This document shows, piece by piece, positions 12,421 through 25,425 of a stretch of DNA of 64,000 bases. The stretch's first letter is position 1. Each line of letters begins with the position of its first letter. The notes beneath the pieces were generated by a model. That model worked only from the letters and a program-made list of their open reading frames with translations. It searched no databases and was not told the DNA's origin. This DNA comes from Chiloscyllium plagiosum (lineage: Eukaryota), in the NCBI RefSeq assembly GCF_004010195.1, contig NC_057718.1, positions 21,791,066 through 21,855,065 of the forward strand, read 5' to 3'. The position numbers were made by a program, and so were the translations under genes.

Positions 12421-12591
12421 TTATTCCATATCCCTTAATATTTATGGTCAACAAAAATGATCAATCTCAGATTTAAAATTAAAATAAGTGGCCTACCATA
12501 AACTTGCGATTTTTGGAAGAGAATTCCAAACTAGTTCTACGCTTTGCAAGTAAAAGTGTTTTCTAATTTAGTCTTTGGAATAGAGCCATGA

Positions 12592-12900
12592 GATTATTAG
12601 ATTAGGTTAGATTAGATTACTTTAAAGTGTGGAAACAGGCCCTTTGGCCCAACAAGTCCACACCGACCCGCCGAAGCGCAAACCACCCATACCCCTACAT
12701 TTACCCCTTACCTAACACTACGGACAATTTAGCATGGCCAATTCAGCTGACCTTTGGAATGTGGGAGGAAACCGGAGCACCCGGAGGAAACCCACGCAGA
12801 CACGGGGAGAATGTGCAAACTCCACACAGTCAGTCGCCTGAGGCAGGAATTGAACCCGGGTCTCTGGCGCTGTGAGGCAGCAGTGCTAACCACTGTGCCA
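12592..12900 (-). mobile_element. HE1-like SINE
   Basis: Near-identical to 8188-8500; (ATTAG)n tail. Confidence 0.9.
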
Positions 12901-14227
12901 TTTGTGTAATCTCTCCTTGTGGGTTTAATATCACTTTTACCAGTTGAAATCTGGTGCAAGTCTTGAAGTAATTTGAAAGGGTTGAAACCTTCATTATTAT
13001 CATCATCAGGTAATTAATATAGGATGGGATCAATTACCCCCTCTGGAAGCACAAAGGCTTCTTTTGGAACTAATGACTAAAAAGCTAATTTTTAAAAAAA
13101 ACTTTGTTGAGCAGCTTGGATTTAATGTTACCTATGAACCCAGGTTGGGCACTTAACATGCAAATACCTGCCCACATCTCTTGATTAGGATGGAAATTCT
13201 GACCTGGGTGCCGGTGGGAGGGATCAGTTGCAATTGAGCCAGTGCAATGGACTCTCTCCTTCTTTAAGGAATTTAGAGGCATTTTGGAACTTTAAGGCAT
13301 TGAAAGAGGCTATTCAGTCAAGTACACTTCTGCTGACTCTTGCAATTAGCAATTTTTTAGTTCCATTTTCCTGCTGCTTCCCTGCATAGTCTCATTTGTA
13401 TTTTATTTTTAATATATATAGACCATGCATTCTCAGAAGTAGATTTAAAAGAAAGCGGAGAAAAATAAGTAAGCAACATAAATTTAGCGTATCTTCAACA
13501 AAAGAATGTTAATACATTAATGCCATTTCAATGGAGAAAGCACCATGCCATTAGTAGGAACGCTGTTTAATTTAGAAATAAAATCAGAATAAACTGCTGC
13601 ATGAATTTCAAATTATTTATCTTAAGGTATTAGGTGCTTTAGCTATGTGCATTTACAGCAAATTTCATACCATTTCAAAGCTAGGGATGACCGAGTAAGC
13701 ACAGCTAACATATGAATAGTAAAGGGATGATTTTGACACTTGATCTGAATTAAGTCGCACTGTATCTATGACTCTTAAAAGCAACTGGAAGCTAACGTAT
13801 TAACCTGAATACTATAACTTGATTTTTCTTATGGTCATTTTAAAAGTATTAACACAAATTAGGCTCTACAGCAGACTCCGCTAATTCTCTTTTCCTGAGT
13901 AGTCATTATAGAAAATGTACACAATTTTAAAATGATTAAGTTGAGTAATTGTGAATCTGTAAATGATGTCTCAGCACTCTGACGGCTAATCAGGTGCACT
14001 GTCTGTCTGAAAACATCAGAATAATCAATTAGGTTATGAGAGGTGAATTTTCACTTAGTTCTCCTGTTTGTCTATCATTACTTCTGTGATGGAGCAGTAA
14101 GATACCCTGGATAATACATTATTTCATGGGATGCAAAAGTGACAGATGTCATCATAAAATCAATATTTACTTTGAAAAGATGTTGAACATATTTATATAA
14201 AACCACTTGATAAAAGAAACACTGTAC

Positions 14228-14374
14228 CCTATCAAAATGGCTGAATGAAGATCTGAATTCATTCATCTGTTGTTGGGTGATTCCTTTAGCATCTCTAGTT
14301 AAAATCTGGGTCTCAATTTCATTCATGGATCTGGCAATTGTAGTAAGAAGCATCTCCCAGCCAACACGGATATG
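14228..14374 (-). CDS. ACTN2: alpha-actinin-2 exon 18 (147 nt)
   Basis: [52 protein letters not shown] acceptor, GTACAG donor. Confidence 0.95.
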
Positions 14375-14634
14375 CTATCAAAAAAAAACGAAACAAGTTT
14401 AAAAAGGTTCTACAGTAATACACAAGGATATATTTACATCTCACTGAATACAAGACTCAAACCGTGCACCCTTGTAACTTTTTCAGGTTTCAAGGGTACA
14501 CGGTTCTGGACTTTTAAATGTTGAGATTACATTTTGCGCCATGTTCCACAAAGTTCACTTAAATAGTATTTTTTTTTTACGACAAAGAACGTGTTCACAT
14601 CTGTGAATCATGTAAATCTAAAGATTAAGCTAGA

Positions 14635-17240
14635 TAAAACAGAACTGTACAGCACAGAAACAGGCCCTTTGACCCAACATGTCTGCATTGACCACAGTGC
14701 CATTCTAAATTAATCCCATCTCTCTAGAAATGGTCCTTTTTCATCTGTTTCCTGCCTGTTTATGTATCTGTCTAAATTCCTCTTGAACAGCTTCCACCAC
14801 ATGCCCTGGCAGCATGATCTAGCTACCTACTCCCACCATGTAAGAAAATTTTCCTCTCACATCTTTAAACCTTCCCATCTCACCTTAAATCTCTGCTCCC
14901 TAGTATCCATGCCTCTCAATTTTATATCCTTCCATCAGGTTTCCATTCAGCCTTCAAGGCTCTCGCGAAAGTCAACTAAATTTCTCCAACCTCTACTTAT
15001 AGCTAATAAACTTAAATCCAGGAAAAAAGTAGTGGGTACACTACTTTCTCACCATCTCCAAAAATTTGGCATCCTGTACTGTGGTGACCAGAACTGCATG
15101 CAATTCTCTAAATGTGGCCCAACGAAAATTTTATACAGCTGCAACATGACTTGCCAACTTTTATACTAAATCCCCTAACCGATGAAGGCAAGAATGCCAT
15201 ACGTATTCTTTGCCAAATTATCCACTTGTGTTGCCACTTTCAAGGACCAATGGATTCGCATCCCAAGATCCTTCTGTTTATCAACTTTCCTAAGGGTCCC
15301 GCCATTTACTGTATACTTTCCTCTTGCAATTGACCTCCCAAAATGCATTACCTCACACTTGTCTGGCGTAAACTCCATTTGCCGTTTCTCAGTCCAATTG
15401 TAAATGATTTATATTCCCCTGTGTCCTTTGACAATCTTTCTCACTATCCACAATTCCTCCAATTTTCATGTTGTCTACAAACTTACTATTCAGCCCCCCT
15501 ACATTTTAAGCACTGATCTTTGTGAACACCACTGGTTACAGACCTTCAGTCAGGAAAAAAACCCTCAACAACTACCTCCCATCTTCTATGACCAGCCAAT
15601 TTTGTATCCAGTTTACCAATCTTATGTGACTTAATCTTCTGGATCAGACTAAAATTTATTCAAACAACTCAAATCAAATTTATGAGACAAGACCTCCCCT
15701 GCATAAAGCCATGATGACCATCCCTAATAAGTCCAAATGAGAATAAATCCTGTCCCTAAGAATCTTCTCTAATAATTTCCCTACCACTGATGTAAAGCTC
15801 ACTAGCCTATAATTTCTTGGATTATCCCTGTTGCCCTTCTTAAAAAAAAATTGGCTATTCTCTAGTCTTCTGGGACCTTACCTGTAGCTAAACAAGATAC
15901 AAAGATCTGTGTCAAGGCCCCAACAATCCCCTCCTTCAGTATACTGGGTTAGATCCCATCATGCCTTAGGGAATTATCTAGAGTCAGATGTATAGCACAG
16001 AAAGGAGACCCTTTGGTCCAACTTGTTCATGCCAACTAGATATTCCAAACTAATCTAGTCCCATTTGCCAGTAGTTGGCCCATATATCTCTGAACCCTTA
16101 CTATTCATTTACCCATTCAGATGCCTTGCAAATGTTGTAATTGTATCAGCCTCCTCTGGCAGGTCATTCCATACATTCACCACCCTCTAAGTGAAAAAAT
16201 TGCCCCTTAGATCCCTTTTGAATTTTTCCCCTCTCACTCTAAACCTATGCTGTCTAGTTTTGGACTCCCCCCACTGCAGGGTAAAAACCTTGTCTATTTC
16301 TCCTATCCATGCCCCTCATGATTTTATAAACCTCTATAAGGTCACTCCTCAGTCTCTGATGCACCAGGGAAAACAGCCCCAGCCTATTCAGCCTCTCCCT
16401 ATAGCACCAATCCTCCTGGCAATATCCTTGTAAATCTTTTCTGAACTCTTTCAAGTTTCACAACTTCCTTCTGATAGGAGGTAGACCAGAATTGCACACA
16501 ATATTCCAAATGTGGGCGACCAATAAAGGAAAGCACACCAAACGCCGCCTTCACCATCCTATCTACCTGCAACTCCACTTTTAAGGATCTATGAACCTGC
16601 ACTCAAAGGTGTCTTTGTTCAGCAACACTCCCCAGGACCTTCCTATTAGGTATATAAGTCTTGCTCTGATTTGCCTTTCCAAAATGCAGCACATCACATT
16701 TATCTAGATTAAACACCATCTGCCACTAATCAGCCCATATTGTAATCTGAGGTAACCTTCTTCCCTGTTCACTACACCTCTCATTTTGGTGTCATCTGCA
16801 AACTTACAAACTAAAGCTCCTATGTTCACATCCAAATCATTTATATAAATGACAAAGCAGTAAACTCAGCATAGATTCTTGAGACATACCACTGGTCACA
16901 GGCCTCCAGTCTGAACAGCAACCCTCCACCACCACCTTCTGTCTTCTATTTTTGAGTGAGTTCTGTATCACAATGGCTAATTCTCCCTGTATTCAGTGAG
17001 ATCTAACCTCACTAACCAGCCTACCTTGATGTTTTTCAAGACACCCAACACCTCCTTAATATTGACATGCTCTAGAATATCAACATATCCTCTCTCATTT
17101 TACCATCATCCAGGTCCTTCTCCTTGATGAATACTGATGTGAAGTACTCATTAAGTATCCGACATGCCTTGGGATTCTCCTTGATCCTACTTTCAACAGG
17201 ACATTTCATGGTGCCTTTTAGCTCTCCAACTTCCTTATTT
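14635..17240 (-). mobile_element. older CR1 LINE (14635-15980 plus 17023-17240) with a nested CR1 3' fragment (15981-17022)
   Basis: Two sets of RT C-terminal peptides (DKCEVMHFG; PHLEYCVQFWS); host sequence gaattatcta...ccttgatg resumes after the nested copy. Confidence 0.85.
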
Positions 17241-17760
17241 AAGTTATTTAATCATTACTATTGTTAAAATTGTTTTTATACTTGTTAGTGAAGGTCTAAT
17301 ATGCACATTTTTCTCCTCAGAAATATGGTTCCTGAAGTTGAATTATTATCAGTGCTAATATTTCTTTTGCAAGTGATTGTATTTAAGCACCAAAATAATT
17401 AACTTGTCCAAAGAGAAAAATAAGCCCAAGGATAGACCAAGTATTATACAGAATATCAAAAGCTCCCACTTAAACTATGTCCAAGGAAGAAAATGGTATA
17501 CATTCTTTTCAGAACTTATGTTCCATTGGATTAAGAGACAGCCCCTTTTACGCTATTGTCCTTCTAATTCATTTAATAAGATTGTTACAGCTCAGAGTTC
17601 AGTCCTCTACTAGTTTCTTGCTGCTGAAAGGTTTATCTGGCAATTGGGAATGGCTGGCCTTTGGATCACATCAAATATAACATATATTGTTGGTAGCTTA
17701 TTCATTCACAAAGCCTCACACAAAAACAAGACAACATTCATATTAACATCCACCGAGTAC

Positions 17761-17940
17761 CTCCATCGTATAATTGGTGTGCTTGTTATCAAAGATTAGG
17801 GCCTCTTGAATAAGTTGGTGATCTCCTTCCAGTTTGTCAACATTGGGTTTGTAGTTAATGATGACCTCCTCCAACTGTTTCAATTGATTCATCTGATCTT
17901 CCAGGGTTCCAGTCATTTCAATAGAATTTTGAGCTATTTC
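17761..17940 (-). CDS. ACTN2: alpha-actinin-2 exon 17 (180 nt)
   Basis: [63 protein letters not shown] acceptor, GT donor. Confidence 0.95.
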
Positions 17941-18117
17941 CTGTATTTAAATACAGTGAATTACAATATGCAAAGACCAATATGAGATTTATTCAGGATA
18001 ATTTTCATGATGATTAAATAAATTGCAGGATCCCAAATATGCTCTGGCAACATACCTCAATAATAGTTTGAATCTCTACCTTAATTACTGTGCAAAGGGT
18101 AGTAGAGTTCTCAGTGT

Positions 18118-18219
18118 CAAAAATAGAAATTACTGGAAGAGCTCAGCAGGTCTGGCAGCATCAGTGGAGAGAAATCAGAGTTAACATTTTGGGTCAAGTG
18201 ACCCTTTCTCAGAATTCTA
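18118..18219 (-). mobile_element. short PLE-type insertion with decayed hammerhead-like motif and ~12-bp target duplication
   Basis: agttctcagtgt 18106-18117 / agctctcagtgt 18220-18231; motif 18179-18216 with GGGTC/GACCC stem. Confidence 0.7.
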
Positions 18220-19019
18220 AGCTCTCAGTGTGTGCATGAAGAAATCCATTCTCAACTGACTGGTATGTGCATTTACTTATCTTAATTCATTCCCATAAGT
18301 GGTCTCAATGGAAGGCTTTCCTTGCTGAAAATTGTGTAAATTTTCAGCTATCCACCGGATCGGAGGGTGATTGGAGTTAAACAATAAATACATCAATCAT
18401 TTTGGGACTGTAATAATAAAAAGTTTTAATTACATAACTAACTCATTTGAATGGGTGAATTAAACTGAGCCACATTGCCTTCTATTTGTTTGTATCTTGT
18501 GAACTTGCGACTGGTCTACATGAGTGTAACTTTCTATGAAAGGATGACTTCTATAGAAAGGAAAAGGAAAAGCCCAAGCAGAATGGAGACAAGGAAGAAA
18601 ATGATCAAAAAAGAAACTGGACATAGAAGAGCACAACTAAAAGTCTAGTCTAAGAATGGGTTTTTATGAGGTCTTTGCAGAGATTGAAGGAGACAGTAAG
18701 AAAATGGAATCAGGAAGGGAGTAGCTATCGGTGTGGGAGAGACATAGGCATCAGTGGAACCAGCAAGCATTTAACATAGAGGGTAAATTGTTTTTTGCAG
18801 AAATATGCAGGTACAGTAAATCTTTTCAAGGATGGGTAAACTTTGACTAGTCACTTCTCAGAACAGCTTACTCTTTAATATAAATCTGTTTCTTTATCCC
18901 TTTTAGATGCTATACAAAATATAAGTTGTTGAACATGAAACATAGATTATTTTAAGAGCTAAAAAGAAACACATAGTACTCAACTGAATTTAAGCAGCTG
19001 GTTAAAATTCCTAACTTAC

Positions 19020-19154
19020 CTCCATCTTACGCTGGATCCAAGGTCCAATGACATTTGCCTGGCTGGCAAACTGACGACGCAGACGTTCATTACCATGTTG
19101 CCGTACAAGCTCCTCTTGCAGGGCTGCATCTCTCTGAGGAACCAATTGCTTCAC
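19020..19154 (-). CDS. ACTN2: alpha-actinin-2 exon 16 (135 nt)
   Basis: [48 protein letters not shown] acceptor, GTAAGT donor. Confidence 0.95.
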
Positions 19155-19798
19155 CTGCCATTAAAAACAACTGAATTTTAATTCAACATATATGGAGCCA
19201 ATTAACTAATTGAAATTGTTTTCATCACATGCTTGCATTCTCAAATATCATGTCATTGAAGATGACAAAACTGAACACTGGGAATTCATTTCTGTTGCAG
19301 GTAAGACATCAGTAGTAAATCTAAATAAAATGTTGAAGATATAGGGTATTGGTTTAATCAACAACCACCAAAGAACAGAATAGTGACGATAAATCAGTTC
19401 ATGCAATATTACACTATTCTATTAAGAGTAAGGCATTATGGGCAGAGACCTACTGAACAATCATGTATTCTCTATGTCAACCTTGTTCCCTGCACTAAGA
19501 GCAAATAAATATCATAACCATATTGAAGTTTACAAGAGGAGAAAACTGTTGCAAATCTGAAATAAAACCAGGTGTTAAAAATAGATAGCAAATCTGCCAG
19601 AAACCAAAAACAAAGTCTGCGTTGGTCTAGACCACTTAACTGAGTCTTAGCAAAGATTCTACAACTAAATTATTAACATATCTTCTCCCCTTTCACTTGT
19701 TGATGAAAATGCCATTCGTTTCCTGCACCTCTAATCTTACTCAAGACTCAACCCATTTCTGGTTGATTAATTTATTAGCATATTCCGTTTGGTAATAC

Positions 19799-19981
19799 CT
19801 TGTCCCATTTGGCAATGATCTCATCACGTGATATCATGCTATAAGGATTTGACACAGTGGATGAGATGTTATAGGATTGAGTAATCTTCTGTACTTCATT
19901 AAGGATTCCCAGGATGGCTTGTTTCTCGCTGTCTGCTTCTGGTAAGGTAGCTTTAAACTGTTCATGTGCTGCTATCAGACT
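19799..19981 (-). CDS. ACTN2: alpha-actinin-2 exon 15 (183 nt)
   Basis: [65 protein letters not shown] boundaries. Confidence 0.95.
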
Positions 19982-21327
19982 CTAAAGATTAAGAGGAATG
20001 GGTCAAAAAAGCATTACACTTCATGTATGTGGAATTTTGAAAAAAAATAAAATATAAGTGGCATTATCTAGAAAATTGCAATTACAATAAAATAATATTT
20101 ATTTTCTCCTGTTTTGGTATGCTTCCAATCAATAGATTTTCTTTTTGTAAACACAACAGGATCATTATTAAGATGTGTTATTAAGCTATGAAATTGCAGT
20201 AACAAGTACATGCATAAATATTCCAATATTGCTACACTGTTAATAATGGGTTAGCATTGGTGCTCTTTGTCATTTTCAGGATAAGGAATTACAAATGACT
20301 AAGTAATTTCATTGAAACACTGATGCTGGTTATCTATCTATTTTGATAATTCTTTCATATATTTGCCACAAAGCCCAGGAATATCCTCTGAAAACAAGCC
20401 CCAAAAGGCTATACAAGTTTAATATTAAATGTTTTATTTTACATTTTAGCTTCTTACAACAGGAGACATGAAAGATGGATTCAAAAGAGGTGTTCAAACA
20501 TTCGCTGGTTTTAATTTAGAACTAATGTGAAAATATATTTGTAGACATTACATTTACACAGCTCCAGTTAGTAATGCTGAGAGTCTAATTTTGTGCAAGC
20601 ATCTAAGCTCCCACCACTGGAGCTGAAGGTAGGAGATGACCCTGCTTTGGCAAATGAGGCATTTATAATTTCAAAATTCAGTCCCAAAATTCAGTCTGCC
20701 TCTCAGAAGTGCTGTGGCAATCAGAGGGCAGTAGTTCAACAATGCCATTGCTAATGATTGTCATTGCCTAGATTGCAGCTACAAGAAAAGGATGCCTTAA
20801 TGATTGGGTACCCTTGGTGAAGGCCTAGGGGATTGTGGGTTCATGCAGGAAGGTCCAACAATTTGGGTGAGGGCAGCTGTGGGGTGAGTCATGAACAAAT
20901 GTACCATTATGGACACAGATGTGGCCACTGCCTTAATGTGGGCCAAGGAGTGCCTAAAAATGGAGGCCCAATTGCCCCTCCCACTCAGAATTCACCAGGT
21001 TTTATTGATGGTCTCCAGAAGTAGCATCTCACCATTCTCCCCCCTCCCCCCACCAGACAACTCTGGCAAAATGATCAAAGAGGTAGGAGTTTGGCCACTT
21101 AAATAGTTCACAATTGGGTGCCTAGCAGGCAGTGATTTCACAGCTTCCCATTGATGTCATTTTGTTAGTCTTCCCACTTCGGAGACTGTCACCAAAGGGC
21201 AGCTAAAGTTTCAGTGAAATGATAGAATAATGTCATGCAATAAGAATGAATTGTTAGTTTAACAATATCAGTATCATTAATATACTCCATTGCTGTCCGG
21301 TATTTTGCTCCAGTAAACATACTGTAC

Positions 21328-21468
21328 CTGGATTTCTTCAATACTGTGAACAATAAACATGTCTTGAAGATCTTCCATCGCTCCTTCCATCCAGTTTTTA
21401 AATGGGGCAGCTCTTTTAGCAAACTCCAAGAAGAGCTGATCGATGGTTTCCTGTAATTTCTCGGCTCT
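21328..21468 (-). CDS. ACTN2: alpha-actinin-2 exon 14 (141 nt)
   Basis: [50 protein letters not shown] acceptor, GTACAG donor. Confidence 0.95.
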
Positions 21469-22745
21469 CTGTATTTAATTAATTGAAAAGACCAAGAATG
21501 TTTACTGTAACATGAAAAGATTGTGAAGTTTCATAATCATTAGTTGGGGAAGTATATTTTTTCTTAAAGCATGGACTGACAACTTTGGTGGCACTGTGCT
21601 GAAGCTTCAGAGTGCAGCTTATACTATTATTAAGTTTCTGGTCTTGATACTGCTAAGACATAGAAATGGAGAAAAGGTAACAAGGACACTCAAATAGAGT
21701 ACATGCCAAGGCCTTGTCTTCCTCACTTCTCTGTCATAATAGCAGAAATGACTGAAACAGGTCATAAATGAGTAAAACAAATGACAAACAAACCTTATCC
21801 TTAAAAGCAAAGCTGAAATGCTAAACCTACATTTTTTTCTTTGGTCTGAACTAAATTTATACATCATTAGTTCGCACTTAAGCTTACAGTTCACGGGTCC
21901 AAAAGATATTTGGTGAGTCACATACAGTATTCATAAAGCTGGATGAAATAGCTTTAATGCTGTAACAGAGCCACTGTGTGGTGAGTATGGGCAACTACAT
22001 AGATGCAATACCAAGTTTTTCAACTTCATGCTTCACAGAATTTTTTATACCAAGATACTAACTTACTTAAAATATACTCTCCATTCAAATAATAAAAGGC
22101 CCTCAAAATGATTATTTTTCACTGTACATGGGTCTTCAATATCTCTTGGCTACAAAGTAAATTATCAAGCTGGGTGCCATGTTATCTACTGATCAAAATT
22201 TTGGATAAATTGATTCAAAACAAAAATGTATATGATTCTGCAGGTTTTTTTCCTGTTAATATATTTAAGTCTTAAGTCACTCGATTAAAGAGGAAGTGGT
22301 ATGTTGGACCAAATCAGAACAATTTGGAAATGGTAGAGGGTTACGGCTATCTCAAAGTAATGAGGATGGAGAAAGATAAAAAGTACAGTGGTCACATATT
22401 ATATCTGTATTCCTAGAACATTAATTCAGCAGTAATGATATTGATATTTTTCCAATGACTCTCCAAAGAAGTCAAATTCAAAGCTGTCCACTAGATACAT
22501 TTGAATTATTTCAATTACATTATGACAGAGATAGCAAGCCAAACCACATCAGCCTGTCACTGTATTTGCAACATAGTGAAATTAAAATATTCAGTGACCT
22601 TCAAAATTGCTCAGTTGTTCCAAGCAGACTTTATGAACAACAGATCTTGAACACTAAGTTCATGACCTAAACAAAAATTATTATTAACACTAACGTCACA
22701 TTGTTTAGCTTTGTCCTGCTAATTAATTAATTTCTATGATTTAAA

Positions 22746-23085
22746 GGGGAGGTGATGGCCCAGTGGTATTATCACTGGATTGTTAACCCAGATACTCAAG
22801 TAATATTCTGGGGATCCAGGTTCCAAACTGTTCTTGGTAGATGTTAGAATTTGAATTTAATAAAAATTTGTAATTAGAAGTTTAAAGATGATCATAATCC
22901 ATTGTCAATAGTTGGAAAACCCCATCTGGTTCACTAATGTCTTTGAAAGAAGGATACTGCCATTCTTACCTGGTCTGGCCATAGCAATGTGGTTGAGTCT
23001 TAACTGCCCTTTGGCCAATTACAGATGGGTAATAAATGCTGTCCGAGCCAGAGATGCCCACATCCACAAATGAATTTTAAAAAAT
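22746..23085 (+). mobile_element. tRNA-derived SINE, second family
   Basis: tggcccagtggta A-box-like and ggttccaa B-box-like head; tail aataaatgct...gatgcccacatcc resembles the tail of the LINE at 63092. Confidence 0.7.
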
Positions 23086-24564
23086 AAACCCAATCTTCTT
23101 TGAACATAACTTCCACTCTCACATAGACTGACAGATACACACAGTTAAAAAGAAAATGCAAAGAAATGTAATTTGCCAGTTCAGTTAAATGCTTTCAAAC
23201 AATGGATACAAAACCTTCCTTCCAGTCCTTGAATAGGAGTTGTTCACAGGCACGATAGTACATCTAATTTTGAAATCACTGGGGAATACAACCAATTTTA
23301 GCAGACTGCAGATTTCTTTCTTTCTTTCTTATATACTGGATTTTGTTTTTCAAAACCCTCAACAATTCTTCAAATGGACAGAAAACTAAAGAGAGTGAAA
23401 AACAGTAGCCTGCCTCGAAACTTCCAAAATAATTTTGCATCTACTCAAACTAGTTTTCTCCCTCTTTTTCTTTTTTCATCAATATTGTGTGTTATTGGCT
23501 GCTTAGTATTGGTCGTCCCTTGAAATGACCAACTCAACATCCAACCAGCTGCCAGCTGAATCATGCAGTGTTCCTTAGATTAGTAATTAAGTTGCATTTA
23601 TCTTCTAGGCCAGTCACCCAACTGCAACTGGTGTTTGTTTTCTTCTCTTAAATTATGCAACTTTTTAAAGTTCAACTAACCCTAACCTCAAATCTTAGCT
23701 CTGCCAAAAAGAGAGAAAAATACAAGAAAATAGTGAATTCAGTCTAAGAGCAATACAAACTGAATTTTATTTTGATCATTCTACTCTTTTTCAAATAATG
23801 TTGCAATATTACAAAAGCATAGTGCTAGTTTATTCACTTATCTATCTTTTCACTTTTCTGTAGTGAAGTGCTTACTGCTGCATTAGTTGGATTTTAAAAA
23901 TTAAGCTGGCAAACTTGGTAAGCGTATGGTGCCCAAATAGCACCCCAGTAGATAATGCAACATAAAGAAAAAATGCAAAAAGTTGTTGTCATATAAGTAG
24001 ATTCACAAATAGATGCAGTTGATAGATCATTAAACCACCTTTTACTAAGATAACCAGCATGAAAAGCAGACACATTCAAGTTTGACGAAAGAACCTGGAT
24101 TCTAACTTAAATTTTACTGAGATCATGGATTTCTCTTTTGTTGGTAAGAAGTGCTTAAAAAGTGAGCGCATTCTGAATCAAATCTGCTTTTGGCTAAAGC
24201 AAAGTTTTGTGTGGGTTTTTTTCAGATCTAGTATAGCATTTTTCACAAGGTTTATGAAGTTATTCTGCATTAGCATAACATTAAAAAAACGAAACCATTG
24301 TTCAAAAAGAAAACTAATCCTAATCTGGTGATAGTGTTATCTAGACAAGGTTACTTCCACAAATTCAAATCCGACTTCCAAATTTTTCACAGCATCCATA
24401 CAACTGTGACCATAAACTGCCACAATGCATCAATGCACAAACAACAATGATAACATTTAAAATTGACAAATTCTAGAATAAATTGTTCTATGTTGAACAA
24501 GAAGTTTCTATAAGCAAAACAAGCCCACAGTTTGGCATTGAATTTTAACAATTAGAATTAGCTA

Positions 24565-25160
24565 TGTTATGGACTAAACCAAATCCCCTTCAAATATATC
24601 AAGAATGTTCCAGTTGTAATTCAATTGGTTACACTACTTTAAGCAATACACATTTTATTTTTACTCTACAGTTGCAATACGAACAAAAAGAAGAATTTGT
24701 TTAACTTTAACTCTATTGGAAAACTTAACAGAATAATAGCTTTTTTTAAACTACTAACCAGCAACTGTTCCAATATAGTAACATTCCATAAACACACCCT
24801 TGGCAAAAGCAAATTTAGTGGAATAGATTGTTTCACATGCAACGTTTCTCCAGTCCAGCACAAAAGAACATCAAGAGAAAATTCTGTTAGAGAGAGAACT
24901 CAAGCACTTTGCTGCAGAAGTATGTATGACCATTTCAAACTGCCAACAGCTACTGAAAGCTAAACTAAAACCCTGGTTCTATGGAAGTCTGACTCCATCC
25001 ATTCATGCAACTTCTATAGTTCCAACTTGAAAATAAATCAAGGCCTTGTAAGCAGTTTACTTTTTTAGCTTGGAACAGACAACTTAGCACGTCTGACTTC
25101 ATCTATCTTCATTAAAAAAAGACCAGGAGAATATACACCTCTTAAAGCTGCATGAAACCT
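24565..25160. mobile_element. possible solo LTR-like repeat
   Basis: Begins TGTTATGG; resemblance from recall only, no second copy in the window. Confidence 0.3.
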
Positions 25161-25316
25161 GAAAATTAATTGTACATTTAAATTTGCTGACATAAAATCA
25201 TCGGCCTCAAAATGTTCATGTAGTTAGTATTGTACCCCTCATATACAAGGTATAATTAAGCATACTATTCAGGGCTTAATCTTCATTCACTTATTTTTTA
25301 TTAAAATATATCTCAC

Positions 25317-25425
25317 CTCTAAAGCCTCTCTTCGTTTCTGTGTGAGTGTTCCAAAATTGTCCCACTGATCACAGATTTTCTGGCACCTTGCATTTATTTC
25401 AGCAGCATTGTGATAATCCAATTCA
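25317..25425 (-). CDS. ACTN2: alpha-actinin-2 exon 13 (109 nt)
   Basis: [39 protein letters not shown] acceptor, GTGAGA donor. Confidence 0.95.
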
